DNA from: an uncultured Kiritimatiellota bacterium
GTDB lineage: Bacteria > Verrucomicrobiota > Kiritimatiellia > RFP12 > DVOR01
Direction: 5' to 3'
Length of the DNA: 64,000 nucleotides
Assembly: GCA_944391055.1 (NCBI GenBank)
Contig: CALXSF010000001.1
Coordinates: 68,858-132,857, forward strand
Below, in pieces: positions 1 to 8,599 of this stretch. The notes under the pieces are model-generated. The model worked only from the letters and a program-made list of their open reading frames with translations, had not been told where the DNA came from and made no database searches. Positions within the stretch are counted from its first letter, which is position 1; the number at the start of each line of letters is the position of its first letter. The position numbers and the translations under genes are program-made.

Positions 1-514
1 TGCGGCGGGTCCTCGCCGGGCGCGGCGGGCTTGAAGACCTGTTCGTCGGTGCCCGTGAAGAGGACCCGGAGCCTCTCGCGCGGCACGCCAAGGCGCGCGT
101 GGAAGAAGTCCGCGTGGCAGGAGGTGTCGCAGAGGAGGCGGTCGACGGCGTTGAAGCGCTTGGCCTCCCAGCGCAGGAGACGCTTGGCGCGCGGCTCCTC
201 GGCCCGCCATTTGCGCTGCTCCAGCACCTTCTTGTCCCAATAGGAGATCATGGGGTCGAAGACCACGGGGACGCCGCGGCGGCGGGCCCAACGGCAGGCC
301 GCCGCCACGTCGCGCTGTCGGCAGACGGGCACCCACACGAGGTCGGGCCGGCAGGCCTTGGGCCCGCGCAGGGCGAACTCCACGTCGCCAAGCGCGCAGC
401 ACCACTTGACCATGAAGAGCTCCACGTCCCAGCCCAACTCCTTGAAGAGGGAGATGTACACGCGGTTGCGGGAGTATTCGGGCCCAAAGCGGCCCCACCA
501 AAGGACGGTCTTGT
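1..514 (-). CDS. Glycosyltransferase (GT4-like), partial. The 5' end (ATGATG) is at 514 and the gene runs off the window start
   Basis: Manual translation of the minus strand gives MMNKTVLWWGRFGPEYSRNRVYISLFKELGWDVELF...VPVVFDPMISYWDKK...GVPRERLRVLFTGTDEQVF. This is a typical GT4 N-terminal domain leading into the conserved NGVD-like turn. High GC3. ATGA overlap with the lpxC stop. It is not in the ORF track because it runs off the window edge. Confidence 0.5.
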
Positions 515-517
515 TCA

Positions 518-1546
518 TCATGGCATGGGCTCCAGCAGGTCAAGCATGTAGAGAAGGGTCATGAGGCGGACGTCGAGGGTGTGCCCGGCGCGATAGGATT
601 TGACGGTCCCGGCGAAGCGGCCGCGGTCAAGCAGGGCGATGGCGGCCAGCAGATCGAGCATCGCCCGGTGCCAGACGGGCTCGGCGCTCTTGCCGTCGCC
701 AAGGTCGAACTCCGGCCTGGGCGCGGTGATGAACCCGCGTTTGCCGTGGATGAGGATGCTGTCCTTGGTGTAGCCCATGTTGCGGGTCTCGGCGAAGAGC
801 TTGCCGACGGTCTTGGCCAGGAGGTACTGCGTCTGGGTGGCGTTGGTGCGGGCGCCGGCCCCGTAGGCGAAGGTCTCGGGGGTGAGGTCCACCTGGATGC
901 GCTGCTGGCCGATGACGGTGTCCCAGGCGATGGCGACGTCCATGCGCAGGCGGCGGTCGCCGGGCGCGGCGGGCAGGAGCGTCACGAAATCGCCGCGCGC
1001 GCCGCCGATGGTGACGGGCTCGCGGACGGTGACGTAGCGCGCGGGGCGGTCGGTTTGGACGATGCCGGCCTTTTGGATGGCCTCGACGAGGTCGAGGCTC
1101 GAACGGTCGAAGAGCGGTGGGTCGCCGCCGGCGATGGCGAGGCGCACGTCGTCCACGCCCAGCCCCAGGCGCAGGGCCACGATGTGCTCGACCATGCGCA
1201 GGTAGTTGTGCGGGGAGCCCGCGCGCAGGACGATGTTTCGGGCGCTGGTCCAGACATTGCGGATGGAGACCTTGACGTCGAGCTGCTCCTTGAGGTCGGA
1301 ACGGTGGATCCACCAGCCGGGGATGGCCGAGGGCCCGAAGGTGAGGACGGGGCGGCGCTTGCGCTCGAAGGTGCCCACGCCCTCGGCGCTGGCCGTGCCG
1401 CCCAGGGTGGTGGCGCGCTCGCCGTAGGGGCATCTGTCCTCGGTCTGGCGGCGGTCGGTGACGGGCTGCGCCTCGAAACGTTCGTAGGCGCGGCGCACCT
1501 GCGCCTCCTCTCCGGCGACCAACCGGCCGATGATGGGTTCTGGCAT
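518..1546 (-). CDS. lpxC: UDP-3-O-acyl-N-acetylglucosamine deacetylase
   Basis: VEHIVALRLGLGVDDVRLAIAGGDPPLFDRSSLDLVEAIQKAGIVQ and SYRAGHTLDVRL align with the E. coli LpxC core (VEHLLSA..GLGIDN.., GFKSGHALNNQLL). An N-terminal extension of about 40 aa upstream of the conserved core suggests the annotated ATG may be too far upstream. Confidence 0.85.
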   Translation of the reverse strand: MPEPIIGRLVAGEEAQVRRAYERFEAQPVTDRRQTEDRCPYGERATTLGGTASAEGVGTFERKRRPVLTFGPSAIPGWWIHRSDLKEQLDVKVSIRNVWTSARNIVLRAGSPHNYLRMVEHIVALRLGLGVDDVRLAIAGGDPPLFDRSSLDLVEAIQKAGIVQTDRPARYVTVREPVTIGGARGDFVTLLPAAPGDRRLRMDVAIAWDTVIGQQRIQVDLTPETFAYGAGARTNATQTQYLLAKTVGKLFAETRNMGYTKDSILIHGKRGFITAPRPEFDLGDGKSAEPVWHRAMLDLLAAIALLDRGRFAGTVKSYRAGHTLDVRLMTLLYMLDLLEPMP

Positions 1547-1555
1547 GGGGGCTCC

Positions 1556-3229
1556 TTACTTGTAGTGCAGGCGCGAGGCGCCGAGATACTCGCGCAGGAT
1601 GGAGTTCGTCGGCACGTCGGCCATCGGCATCGAGGCGAAGTTCTGCAGGAAGCACGACAGCCTCCGCGCCGTCACGAACTCCGGGTGATGCGGCTTGATT
1701 TGGTTGAGCAGCGGCCCCGCGAGGGTCTTGAGCACGGGGATCTCATAGTCCAGCGCGGTGTTGAAGACGGCGTCCGCGTAATGCTGGAAGGGGAAGATCC
1801 ACTTCTCCTCCCCCGCCCGCACGCTCGGCCACAGCCGCAGCGTCTCCAACGGGCTCCGCCCGCGGAACTGCCCGTCGCGCACCATGCGCCGCAGGAGGCG
1901 GTTGTCGAGGGTCGAGACGCGGTTGTGGCGGTCGATGGCGACCTGCGTGAGGACGTTCACGTAGATGAGGAACTTCTCCTCGCGCGGGATCTGCGGCGTG
2001 AGCTCCGGGTTGAGCGCGTGGATGCCCTCGATGACGAGGACGCCGCGCGTGGGGTCGAGCGTCAGCGTCTCCTCCGAGTCATAACCCTCGTGCTTGCGGA
2101 AGTCGAACAGCCGGAGCGGGATGGCCTCGCCGCCCAGAAGCCGGAGCAAGTCCGCGTTCAGGCGCGGGCAATCCACCGCCTGGAGGCACTCATAGTCCAG
2201 GTTGCCGTGCGCGTCGCGCGGGTTGCGCGCGTCCCCCACGAAATAATTGTCCGTGGAAAGCAGGGCCGGGCGCAGCCCCAGCACCCGCAGATGCGTGCAC
2301 AGGCGCATGGCGAAGGTCGTCTTGCCGGCGGAGCTGGGCCCCGCCACGAGCACCACGTGCGGGCGCGGCACCTGCGCGGCGATGCGGTCGGCGAAGGTCG
2401 CCAGCCGTTTCTCGTGCAGGGCCTCGACGGTATTGATCACGTCGGCCACCGAGCCGTCGGCGATGGCGGCGTTCAGCTCGCCCGCGTTCCGGATGCCGAT
2501 GATCTCGCCCCAGCGCAGGTGCTCGGCGTAGACCTCGAAGAGGAAGTCATAGGGCGGCATCGGGTCGAGCTCCGTGGGCGTCCGCGCTCCCGGGAACTCC
2601 AGCACGAAGCCGTCGCGCAGCGGCACCAGGTCGAAGAGGCTGAGCGCGCCGGTGCGCGTCGCCAGCACGCCCTGCGGCAGGTCGTAGAACTCCTCGCAGA
2701 CGGCCATGCCCAGATAGGGCGGGTTCCGGTGGCGCAGCAGGTTGGCCTTGTCCTCCTGCCCCGCGTCGCGGAAATGGCGCAGGATCTGCTCGTAGCCCAC
2801 CACGCGGTGGCGGATGGGCACGTCGCGCGCGATGAGCGCCGCCAGATGCCCGCGCAGCGCCGCCACCTTCGCCTCGCGCTCCGCGTGCGGCACGTCCCAC
2901 GACCAATAGAGCGCGTTGTGCCCGAAACTCTGGCGCACGCGGCAGTCCACCCCGGGGAAATCCTCGTGCAGCACCTTCGCCAGCAGGAAGCAGAGCGTGC
3001 GGCGGTAGACCTGCCACCCCTCGTCGTCGGCGAGCGTCAGCGGGCGCACCGCCGCGTCGAGGAGGACGGGGCTGTCCAGCGGCGCCACGTCGTTGTTCAC
3101 CAAGGCGGCGAGGACGGGCAGCCCGCCCATCTCCCTGGGCAGCGCCTCGGCGAGCGGCGTGCCGTGGGCCAGGGCCTCAAGGCCCACCCCCGCGACGTCC
3201 AGCGTGATCGCGCCCTCCGCCCGTTCCAT
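1556..3229 (-). CDS. PRK/uridine-kinase family nucleoside kinase-like P-loop protein with an N-terminal extra domain
   Basis: Walker A VLVAGPSSAGKTTFAMRL followed by LSTDNYF and kinase-like blocks. 557 aa. Same strand and tightly spaced between gspG and lpxC. Confidence 0.55.
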   Translation of the reverse strand: MERAEGAITLDVAGVGLEALAHGTPLAEALPREMGGLPVLAALVNNDVAPLDSPVLLDAAVRPLTLADDEGWQVYRRTLCFLLAKVLHEDFPGVDCRVRQSFGHNALYWSWDVPHAEREAKVAALRGHLAALIARDVPIRHRVVGYEQILRHFRDAGQEDKANLLRHRNPPYLGMAVCEEFYDLPQGVLATRTGALSLFDLVPLRDGFVLEFPGARTPTELDPMPPYDFLFEVYAEHLRWGEIIGIRNAGELNAAIADGSVADVINTVEALHEKRLATFADRIAAQVPRPHVVLVAGPSSAGKTTFAMRLCTHLRVLGLRPALLSTDNYFVGDARNPRDAHGNLDYECLQAVDCPRLNADLLRLLGGEAIPLRLFDFRKHEGYDSEETLTLDPTRGVLVIEGIHALNPELTPQIPREEKFLIYVNVLTQVAIDRHNRVSTLDNRLLRRMVRDGQFRGRSPLETLRLWPSVRAGEEKWIFPFQHYADAVFNTALDYEIPVLKTLAGPLLNQIKPHHPEFVTARRLSCFLQNFASMPMADVPTNSILREYLGASRLHYK

Positions 3230-3238
3230 GGCGCGGCC

Positions 3239-3625
3239 TCAGTTCGTCAGGTCGTCGTCCGTGCCGAGCGTCCCGTCGGGCCCCGGCGAGGTGATGGTGA
3301 ACTTCTTGCCCTCGGCCTTGTAGTCGAAGTCCTGCGCCCAGCCATCCTTCAGCGCGCCCGCCTTCAGCAGCGGCTCGTCGTCGTTGATGCCCACGGTCAG
3401 GTCGTCGAGCGATTTCGGGATGCGCCCGGTCTTCATGCGGTAGATCTCGACCGCCTGGGAGATGCTGTTGATGGAGGTGAGCGTCGCGGCCTTGCGCGCG
3501 TCGTCGCCCGCCCCGGAGAAGTTCACCACCACCACCGTGCCCAAGATGCCCAGGATGGCGATCACCAGCAGCAGCTCCACCAAGGTGAAGCCCGCCCGGC
3601 GCAGCGCGTTCCGTGTCCTTTTCAT
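3239..3625 (-). CDS. gspG: Type II secretion major pseudopilin GspG
   Basis: Prepilin cleavage/methylation motif RRAGFTLVELLLVIAILGIL. GspG-like body (EIYRMKTGRIPKSLDDL, KDGWAQDFDY, SPGPDGTLGTDDD). 128 aa. Confidence 0.85.
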   Translation of the reverse strand: MKRTRNALRRAGFTLVELLLVIAILGILGTVVVVNFSGAGDDARKAATLTSINSISQAVEIYRMKTGRIPKSLDDLTVGINDDEPLLKAGALKDGWAQDFDYKAEGKKFTITSPGPDGTLGTDDDLTN

Positions 3626-3641
3626 GACTGTCCTTCCTTTC

Positions 3642-4886
3642 TTACTGTGCGCCCATCGCCGACGTCGCCGAGAAGACGGCCGACAGGATCGCGATGGCCA
3701 CGAAACCGATCACCACCGCCACCAGGATGATGAGCAGCGGCTCCAGCGCGGTGGTGAAGACCTTGATGTTGCGGTTCAGCTCCGCCTCGTAACGCTTACC
3801 GATGTGCCCCAGCGCGTTGGGCAGGTTGCCCGTCTGCTCGCCCAGCGCCATCATGTCCGTCATCATCCTGGGGAAGACGCCGCTCTGCGCGAGGGGGCCG
3901 GAGATCGTCGTGCCGTCGGTCACCCGCTCGCGCGCCTTGCGCAGCTCCGCGCCGATCACCGCGTTCCCGCACGTCTCCTCCGAGATCCGCAGGGCCTGGA
4001 GCACGTTCACGCCGTTGGCCAGCAGCGTCTGCATCGTGTAGGCCAGCGACGCGAAGGCCCCGCTGGCGATCAGCCCCTTCACCAGCGGCATCCGCAGCTT
4101 GAGGCCGTCCCACCGCATTCGCCCGCTCCCCGTGCACCACTTCCGGAAGAGCACGATCAGCGCGACCGCCCCCACCGCGTACAGCACGCCATACTTGATC
4201 AGCCCGTCGCTCATCGCCATCAGCATCCGCGTCGGCAGCGGCAGCTCGCGCCCCATGCTCGCGAAAAGCTCCGTGAACTGCGGCACGATCTTCACCATCG
4301 CGAAGATCACCGCGATCACGCCCATGCCCAGCACGATCGCCGGGTAGGTCATCGCCGAGACGATCTTGCTCTTCATCGACTGGTTGCGCTCGTAATGCTC
4401 CGTCAGCCGGTGCAGCACCTCCACCATCGCGCCCGAGGCCTCGCCCGCGCGCACCATGTTCCCGTAAATCCCCGGGAAGGTCTTCGGGTGCGCCCCCACC
4501 GCGTCCGAGAAAGCCTCGCCGCGCATGATCCGGTCGCGCAGATCCGCGGCCACCACGCAGATGCCGCTGTTCGGATCCCCCTGGTTCGCCAACGAGTTCA
4601 GCGCCGCCCCCAGCGTCATCCCCGCCTCGATCAGATCCGCCAGCTCCGACGTGAAGAGCAGCACCTCCGCCGGCTTCATCCGCTTCGCCGGCCCCGACGA
4701 CAGCTTCCAGAACGACTCTCCCTTGCCCTGCGCCGCCGCCTTCGGCGCCGCCTGCTCCGTGATCGAGAGCGGCGTCAGCCCCTGCGCCCGCAGCGCCGAC
4801 AGCGCGCCCCGGCGGTCGGCGGCCTCGAGGGCCCCCGACACCTTCGCCTTCTGCGCGTTCAGCGCCACATAGCCAAAGTTCGCCAT
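3642..4886 (-). CDS. gspF: Type II secretion / type IV pilus platform protein GspF/PilC family
   Basis: 414 aa. Two GspF repeats (PAIVLGMGVIAVIFAMVKIVPQF..., EPLLIILVAVVIGFVAIAILSAVF), three TM segments, typical GspF length. Confidence 0.85.
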   Translation of the reverse strand: MANFGYVALNAQKAKVSGALEAADRRGALSALRAQGLTPLSITEQAAPKAAAQGKGESFWKLSSGPAKRMKPAEVLLFTSELADLIEAGMTLGAALNSLANQGDPNSGICVVAADLRDRIMRGEAFSDAVGAHPKTFPGIYGNMVRAGEASGAMVEVLHRLTEHYERNQSMKSKIVSAMTYPAIVLGMGVIAVIFAMVKIVPQFTELFASMGRELPLPTRMLMAMSDGLIKYGVLYAVGAVALIVLFRKWCTGSGRMRWDGLKLRMPLVKGLIASGAFASLAYTMQTLLANGVNVLQALRISEETCGNAVIGAELRKARERVTDGTTISGPLAQSGVFPRMMTDMMALGEQTGNLPNALGHIGKRYEAELNRNIKVFTTALEPLLIILVAVVIGFVAIAILSAVFSATSAMGAQ

Positions 4887-4984
4887 AACGGTCGCAGTTT
4901 ACCAAAACCCCACCCGCTCCCGCAAATCCCCATGGCCATCCCGGCGCGCGCGCCCGACAAAAACCCGTTCCCGCAGAAAAACGC

Positions 4985-5013
4985 TTGCAATTTCCAAACG
5001 GAACCCCCATAAT
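4985..5013 (+). promoter_or_regulatory. Sigma70-like promoter for the HU gene (TTGCAA-N17-CATAAT)
   Basis: Sequence reading only. -35 TTGCAA at 4985-4990 and -10 CATAAT at 5008-5013. AAGGAG RBS 8 nt before the ATG at 5079. Confidence 0.35.
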
Positions 5014-5078
5014 ACTCTCGTTCAGCGGGTTTCTCCCCGCGTGACACACAACCACCAACCAAGGAGTGAAACCCCAAA

Positions 5079-5414
5079 ATGGCCACCAAGAAGACCACCA
5101 AGGCCCCGGCCAAAGCCGCGAAGGCCCCCGCCAAGCCCATGACCAAGGACGAGATCCGCGAGGCCCTCGCCGAGGCCACCGGCTACACCAAGGCCTCCGT
5201 CAGCGAGGTCTACGATGCCCTCATCGAGCTCATCGCCGCGCAGACCAAGGCGACCAAGGCCTTCTCCCTCCCCGGTATCGGCAAGTTCACCGTCGTCCGC
5301 CGCGCCGCGCGCATCGGCAAGAACCCCCAGACCGGCGCGGAGCTCAAAATCCCCGCGAAGGACGCCATCAAGTTCACCGTCTCCAAGATCATCAAGGACA
5401 AAGTCCTCGGCTGA
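5079..5414 (+). CDS. hup: HU family DNA-binding protein with a Lys/Ala-rich N-terminal tail
   Basis: MATKKTTKAPAKAAKAPAKPMTK tail, then an HU/IHF fold (GIGKFTVVRRAARIGKNPQTGAELKIPAKDAIKF). Strong RBS. Confidence 0.85.
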   Translation: MATKKTTKAPAKAAKAPAKPMTKDEIREALAEATGYTKASVSEVYDALIELIAAQTKATKAFSLPGIGKFTVVRRAARIGKNPQTGAELKIPAKDAIKFTVSKIIKDKVLG

Positions 5415-5430
5415 TCCCAGGCACGGCACG

Positions 5431-5472
5431 AAAAGGCGGGCTCGGCTCCATGGCCAAGCCCGCCCTTTTTTC
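5431..5472 (+). terminator. Rho-independent terminator after the HU gene
   Basis: GGCGGGCT ... AGCCCGCC stem followed by TTTTTTCG. Confidence 0.6.
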
Positions 5473-5534
5473 GTCCATCCGCCATCCTGGCGCGACAAAA
5501 ACCGCGTCGGGCGAGACCCGGCGCGGCCAAAGGA

Positions 5535-5611
5535 TGGTGGGCTGTGCTGGACTCGGACCAGCGACCCCTACCGTGTGAAGGTAGTGCTCTAACCAACTGA
5601 GCTAACAGCCC
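5535..5611 (-). tRNA. tRNA-Val (anticodon CAC), CCA encoded
   Basis: Reverse complement is GGGCTGTTAGCTCAGTTGGTTAGAGCACTACCTTCACACGGTAGGGGTCGCTGGTCCGAGTCCAGCACAGCCCACCA. Cloverleaf with a 7-bp acceptor, D-arm GCTC/GAGC, anticodon loop TTCACAC. Confidence 0.9.
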
Positions 5612-5619
5612 TCTCGGGA

Positions 5620-5693
5620 TGGAGCGGGCGAAGGGAATCGAACCCTCGTAAGAAGCATGGGAAGCTCCTATTCTGCCATTGAATTACGCCCGC
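5620..5693 (-). tRNA. tRNA-Gly (anticodon CCC), CCA encoded
   Basis: Reverse complement is GCGGGCGTAATTCAATGGCAGAATAGGAGCTTCCCATGCTTCTTACGAGGGTTCGATTCCCTTCGCCCGCTCCA. Anticodon loop TTCCCAT. Confidence 0.9.
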
Positions 5694-5707
5694 AGAAAGT
5701 GCCATTC

Positions 5708-5737
5708 ATAATAGCAAAGCCGACCCGCCCCGTCAAA
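5708..5737 (-). promoter_or_regulatory. Sigma70-like promoter for the tRNA-Gly/tRNA-Val operon (TTTGAC-N18-TATTAT) with an upstream A-tract
   Basis: Minus-strand reading is AAAAAAACCTTTGACGGGGCGGGTCGGCTTTGCTATTATGAATGGCACTTTCTG followed by the tRNA 5' end about 14 nt after the -10. Confidence 0.45.
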
Positions 5738-5868
5738 GGTTTTTTTCGAGGGCCGCGGGCGGCGGGGGGAAGGCGAATTGACACGACGATTTTTTGGGCA
5801 CCCGGCGGCGGCTTGGGCGGGGTGGGCTCGCGGCGTGCCTCAGGGTCGATCGCGGCGGGATCCGGGGG

Positions 5869-5911
5869 GACTTGCGGCGCGATCCGAGAAACGAGGCCCG
5901 TAATCTCGTTG
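5869..5911. repeat. Conserved intergenic element, copy A (GACTTGCGGCG ... TCCGAGAAACGAGGCCCGTAATCTCGTT)
   Basis: Near-identical to the segment at 26246-26309 (GACTTGCGGCG + TCCGAAAAAAGAGGCCCGTGATCTCGTT). Contains a small hairpin AACGAG-GCCCGTAAT-CTCGTT. Both copies lie in non-coding DNA. Confidence 0.4.
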
Positions 5912-5943
5912 TCCGCCCCCGCGTCCGCGAAGGCGAAAAAAGC

Positions 5944-5973
5944 TTGCGCCCGACCACCCGAAGGTGGTATCTT
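5944..5973 (+). promoter_or_regulatory. Sigma70-like promoter (TTGCGC-N18-TATCTT) within a GCTTGCGCCC box. Likely promoter of the PEP-CTERM gene leader
   Basis: Same GCTTGCGCCC -35 context as the promoter at 26441-26470. Downstream 5'UTR of about 230 nt. Confidence 0.35.
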
Positions 5974-6068
5974 AGAGGCACGCAGTGGGAGAGCCACTGC
6001 ACTGTGCGACCGCACAATCAGGACGCCATAAGAAACTTAGGAACTTTCTGCCAACGTCCGAGATGTGC

Positions 6069-6103
6069 GCACGCGGTTCCGCGTGCCCTCTTTGGTGTTT
6101 TGG
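6069..6103 (+). terminator. Terminator/attenuator-like hairpin in the leader upstream of the PEP-CTERM gene
   Basis: GCACGCG-GTTC-CGCGTGC stem followed by CCTCTTTGGTGTTTTGG, a T-rich tract. Sits about 100 nt downstream of the predicted TSS and 110 nt before the ATG at 6211. Confidence 0.4.
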
Positions 6104-6210
6104 CAACGGCTTCCTAAGGCCTCTTATGGGACATCGGAGAGGGCACTTCTCGTCCCGGGGCCTTCTTCGGTCTCACCGTACGGGGCGGGAAACGGAGAAA
6201 TCCCAGACAC

Positions 6211-6909
6211 ATGAAACACATCCTCACCGCGGCCTTCGCCGCATTGGCCCTCGGCGCCGCCCAGGCCGTCACGGTCAACTGGACGCCGGCCTCCTACGAT
6301 TGGACGCAGACCGACACGAACGACGCCACGCTCAACCTCACCAACGGTTGCGGCGCCGTCGTCGCGCTCGTCTCCACCCCGGCCTCCTTGTCGGCCAACC
6401 TATCCTCCATCTTCACGGTGCAGGACGCGCTGGCGGGCACGGGCACCGGCACCACCTTCCGCATGGCGGGCGGTACCGGGACGACGCGCGGCACGTCCTT
6501 CGGCGTCACGACGCAGTGGAACGACACCTCGTTCGAGGCCGGCTCCTCGCAGGTCGCCGCCACCGCGGGCGGCACCTATCTGCTGGCCGTCGTCTACGCG
6601 TACGACGCCGCGACGCAGACCATGACCGTGACGTGCTCCGTGAACGGCGATGCGATCTTCGCCTTCTCGGGCGATATGGCCGAGGCGCCGACCAGTTTCA
6701 CGGTCAACAACATCCACTCCTACGGCGAAGGCACCAGCGCGCCGAACTTCTTCGCGTTGGAGGAACTCTCCGGCTACGACGCCGCGCTCTCCGCCGCGCA
6801 ACTCGCGTGGCTGACCGAGAACCAGACCACCGTGCTGCCCGAGCCGACGGCCTTGGCGCTGCTGGCGCTCGGCGCGGCGGGCCTGGCGCTCCGCCGCCGC
6901 GTGGCCTGA
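6211..6909 (+). CDS. PEP-CTERM sorting-domain secreted protein (Gly/Thr-rich)
   Basis: Signal peptide MKHILTAAFAALALGAAQA. C-terminal VLPEPTALALLALGAAGLALRRRVA is the canonical PEP-CTERM motif plus TM plus basic tail. GGTGTTRGT repeats. Confidence 0.8.
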   Translation: MKHILTAAFAALALGAAQAVTVNWTPASYDWTQTDTNDATLNLTNGCGAVVALVSTPASLSANLSSIFTVQDALAGTGTGTTFRMAGGTGTTRGTSFGVTTQWNDTSFEAGSSQVAATAGGTYLLAVVYAYDAATQTMTVTCSVNGDAIFAFSGDMAEAPTSFTVNNIHSYGEGTSAPNFFALEELSGYDAALSAAQLAWLTENQTTVLPEPTALALLALGAAGLALRRRVA

Positions 6910-6949
6910 GGGAAGACAATCGCCCAAGGGAGGGCACCTGCCCGCCCTC

Positions 6950-6981
6950 CCCGCCCCCGGCCCATCGGGCCGGGGGCTTTT
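6950..6981 (+). terminator. Rho-independent terminator after the PEP-CTERM gene
   Basis: CCCCCGGCCC-ATCG-GGCCGGGGG followed by CTTTTTGTC. Confidence 0.55.
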
Positions 6982-7017
6982 TGTCTTGGGCGCCCGGGAA
7001 AGGCAGGCGGCGGCGCG

Positions 7018-7048
7018 CCTTGCGTGGGGGGCCGAAGTTTGCTATATA
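7018..7048 (+). promoter_or_regulatory. Sigma70-like promoter for guaB (TTGCGT-N17-TATATAAT)
   Basis: TTGCGTGGGGGGCCGAAGTTTGCTATATAAT, with RBS AAAGGA before the ATG at 7083. Confidence 0.45.
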
Positions 7049-7082
7049 ATAGGGGGAAAGCGAAGCAGAAAGGATTTCACGG

Positions 7083-8579
7083 ATGAAGAACGAGTATCTA
7101 GATCGGTTCATGGCGCAGTTCCCCTTTGAGGGGCTGACCTATGACGATGTGACGTTGGTGACGCAGTATGCGGACTTTCTGCCGGACGACGCGAGCCTCA
7201 AGACGCGCCTGACCAGCCGCCAGGAGATGAACATCCCCTTCATGTCCGCGGCGATGGACACGGTGACGGAGGCGCCGATGGCGATCGCGATGGCCTTGGC
7301 CGGGGGCATCGGCTGCATCCACAAGAACCTGACCGAGGAGGAGCAGGCCGCGCAGGTGGCGCGCGTCAAGCATTATCTCAACGGACTCATCGAGCGCCCC
7401 GTCTGCTTCCACGCCAACGACGAGGTGGCCTACCTGCTGGCCGAGAAGCGCCGCCGCGGGCTCAAGTTCGGCGGCTTCCCCATCCTTGACGACGCCGATC
7501 GCCTGGTGGGCATGATCTCGGGCAAGGATCTGCGCTATTCCGACTGCGGCAGCGAGAAACTCGCCGCCGTCATGACCAAGGCCACCGTCACCGCCGCCCC
7601 CGGCACCTCGCTGGAGGAGGCCTACAAGATCATGCGCGCGCACAAGATCGGCAAGCTGCCCTTGGTGGACAAGGAGGGGCGGCTGGCCGGGCTTTACTCC
7701 TTCACTGACGTGCAGCAGCTCATCGAGAACCAGAACCCTGCCTACAACCGCGACGCCAAGCACCGTCTGCGCGTCTCCGCCTCCGTCTCCGGCGGCACGG
7801 GCGACTATCAGCGCATGGAGCGCCTGGCGCAGGAGGAGGTGGACGTCGTGGTCGTCGATTCCGCCCACGGCCACACCAAGGGCATCATGGACATGGTGCG
7901 CTGGATCGCCAAGCATTATCCCGACATCGACATCATTGCCGGCAACATCGCCACCGGCGAGGCCGCCATCGCCCTGCGCGACGCCGGCGCCCACGCCGTC
8001 AAGGTCGGCATCGGCCCTGGCTCCATCTGCACCACGCGCGTCGTCTGCGGCGTGGGCATCCCCCAGCTCACCGCCATCTACAACGCCCGCAAGGCGCTCG
8101 AGGGCTCCATCCCCGTCATCGGCGACGGCGGCATCAAGCTCTCCGGCGACGTGCCCAAGGCCATCACCGCCGGCGCCGACAGCGTCATGCTCGGCTCCGT
8201 CCTGGCCGGCTGCGAGGAATCCCCCGGCGAGAAGATCCTCAACGGCGGGCGCCAATACGTCGTCTACCGCGGCATGGGCTCCCTCGCCGCGCTCAAGAAC
8301 GGCAAGGGCTCCCGCGCCCGCTACTTCCAGGACAACGAGTCCGAGGACGATCTCGTGCCGCAGGGCATCGAGGGCATGGTGCCGTATTCCGGCCCCGTCC
8401 ACCGCATCATGACGCAGTTCTGCGGCGGGCTGCGCAGCTCGCTGGGCTACTGCGGGTGCCGCACCATCGCGGAGCTCCAGGCGCGCGGCAAGTTCTACCG
8501 CGTCACCGCCAACGGCGTCCGCGAGGCCCACCCGCACGACGTCACCATCACCAAGGAAGCGCCCAACTACCGCTCCTAA
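7083..8579 (+). CDS. guaB: Inosine-5'-monophosphate dehydrogenase
   Basis: 498 aa. Tandem CBS region. Catalytic loop [32 protein letters not shown]. Confidence 0.9.
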   Translation: MKNEYLDRFMAQFPFEGLTYDDVTLVTQYADFLPDDASLKTRLTSRQEMNIPFMSAAMDTVTEAPMAIAMALAGGIGCIHKNLTEEEQAAQVARVKHYLNGLIERPVCFHANDEVAYLLAEKRRRGLKFGGFPILDDADRLVGMISGKDLRYSDCGSEKLAAVMTKATVTAAPGTSLEEAYKIMRAHKIGKLPLVDKEGRLAGLYSFTDVQQLIENQNPAYNRDAKHRLRVSASVSGGTGDYQRMERLAQEEVDVVVVDSAHGHTKGIMDMVRWIAKHYPDIDIIAGNIATGEAAIALRDAGAHAVKVGIGPGSICTTRVVCGVGIPQLTAIYNARKALEGSIPVIGDGGIKLSGDVPKAITAGADSVMLGSVLAGCEESPGEKILNGGRQYVVYRGMGSLAALKNGKGSRARYFQDNESEDDLVPQGIEGMVPYSGPVHRIMTQFCGGLRSSLGYCGCRTIAELQARGKFYRVTANGVREAHPHDVTITKEAPNYRS

Positions 8580-8599
8580 GCCAACGCAGGGAGGCACCG

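Noticed and set aside
581-3730. 1049-aa plus-strand ORF (and similar giants: 11432..13921+, 14037..17135+, 19225..22140-, 28960..32805-, 23232..25328-, 7098..8597-)
   Set aside because: Each is antisense to a well-supported gene. The sequences are Arg/Gly/Ala/Pro-rich low-complexity with no motifs. Stop-free antisense frames are expected at about 70% GC.
6063-6120. Cys/Trp-rich leader peptide (MCARGSACPLWCFGNGF...) spanning the attenuator hairpin
   Set aside because: The frame does not terminate nearby and continues as the junk ORF 5985..7049, so a discrete uORF is not supported.
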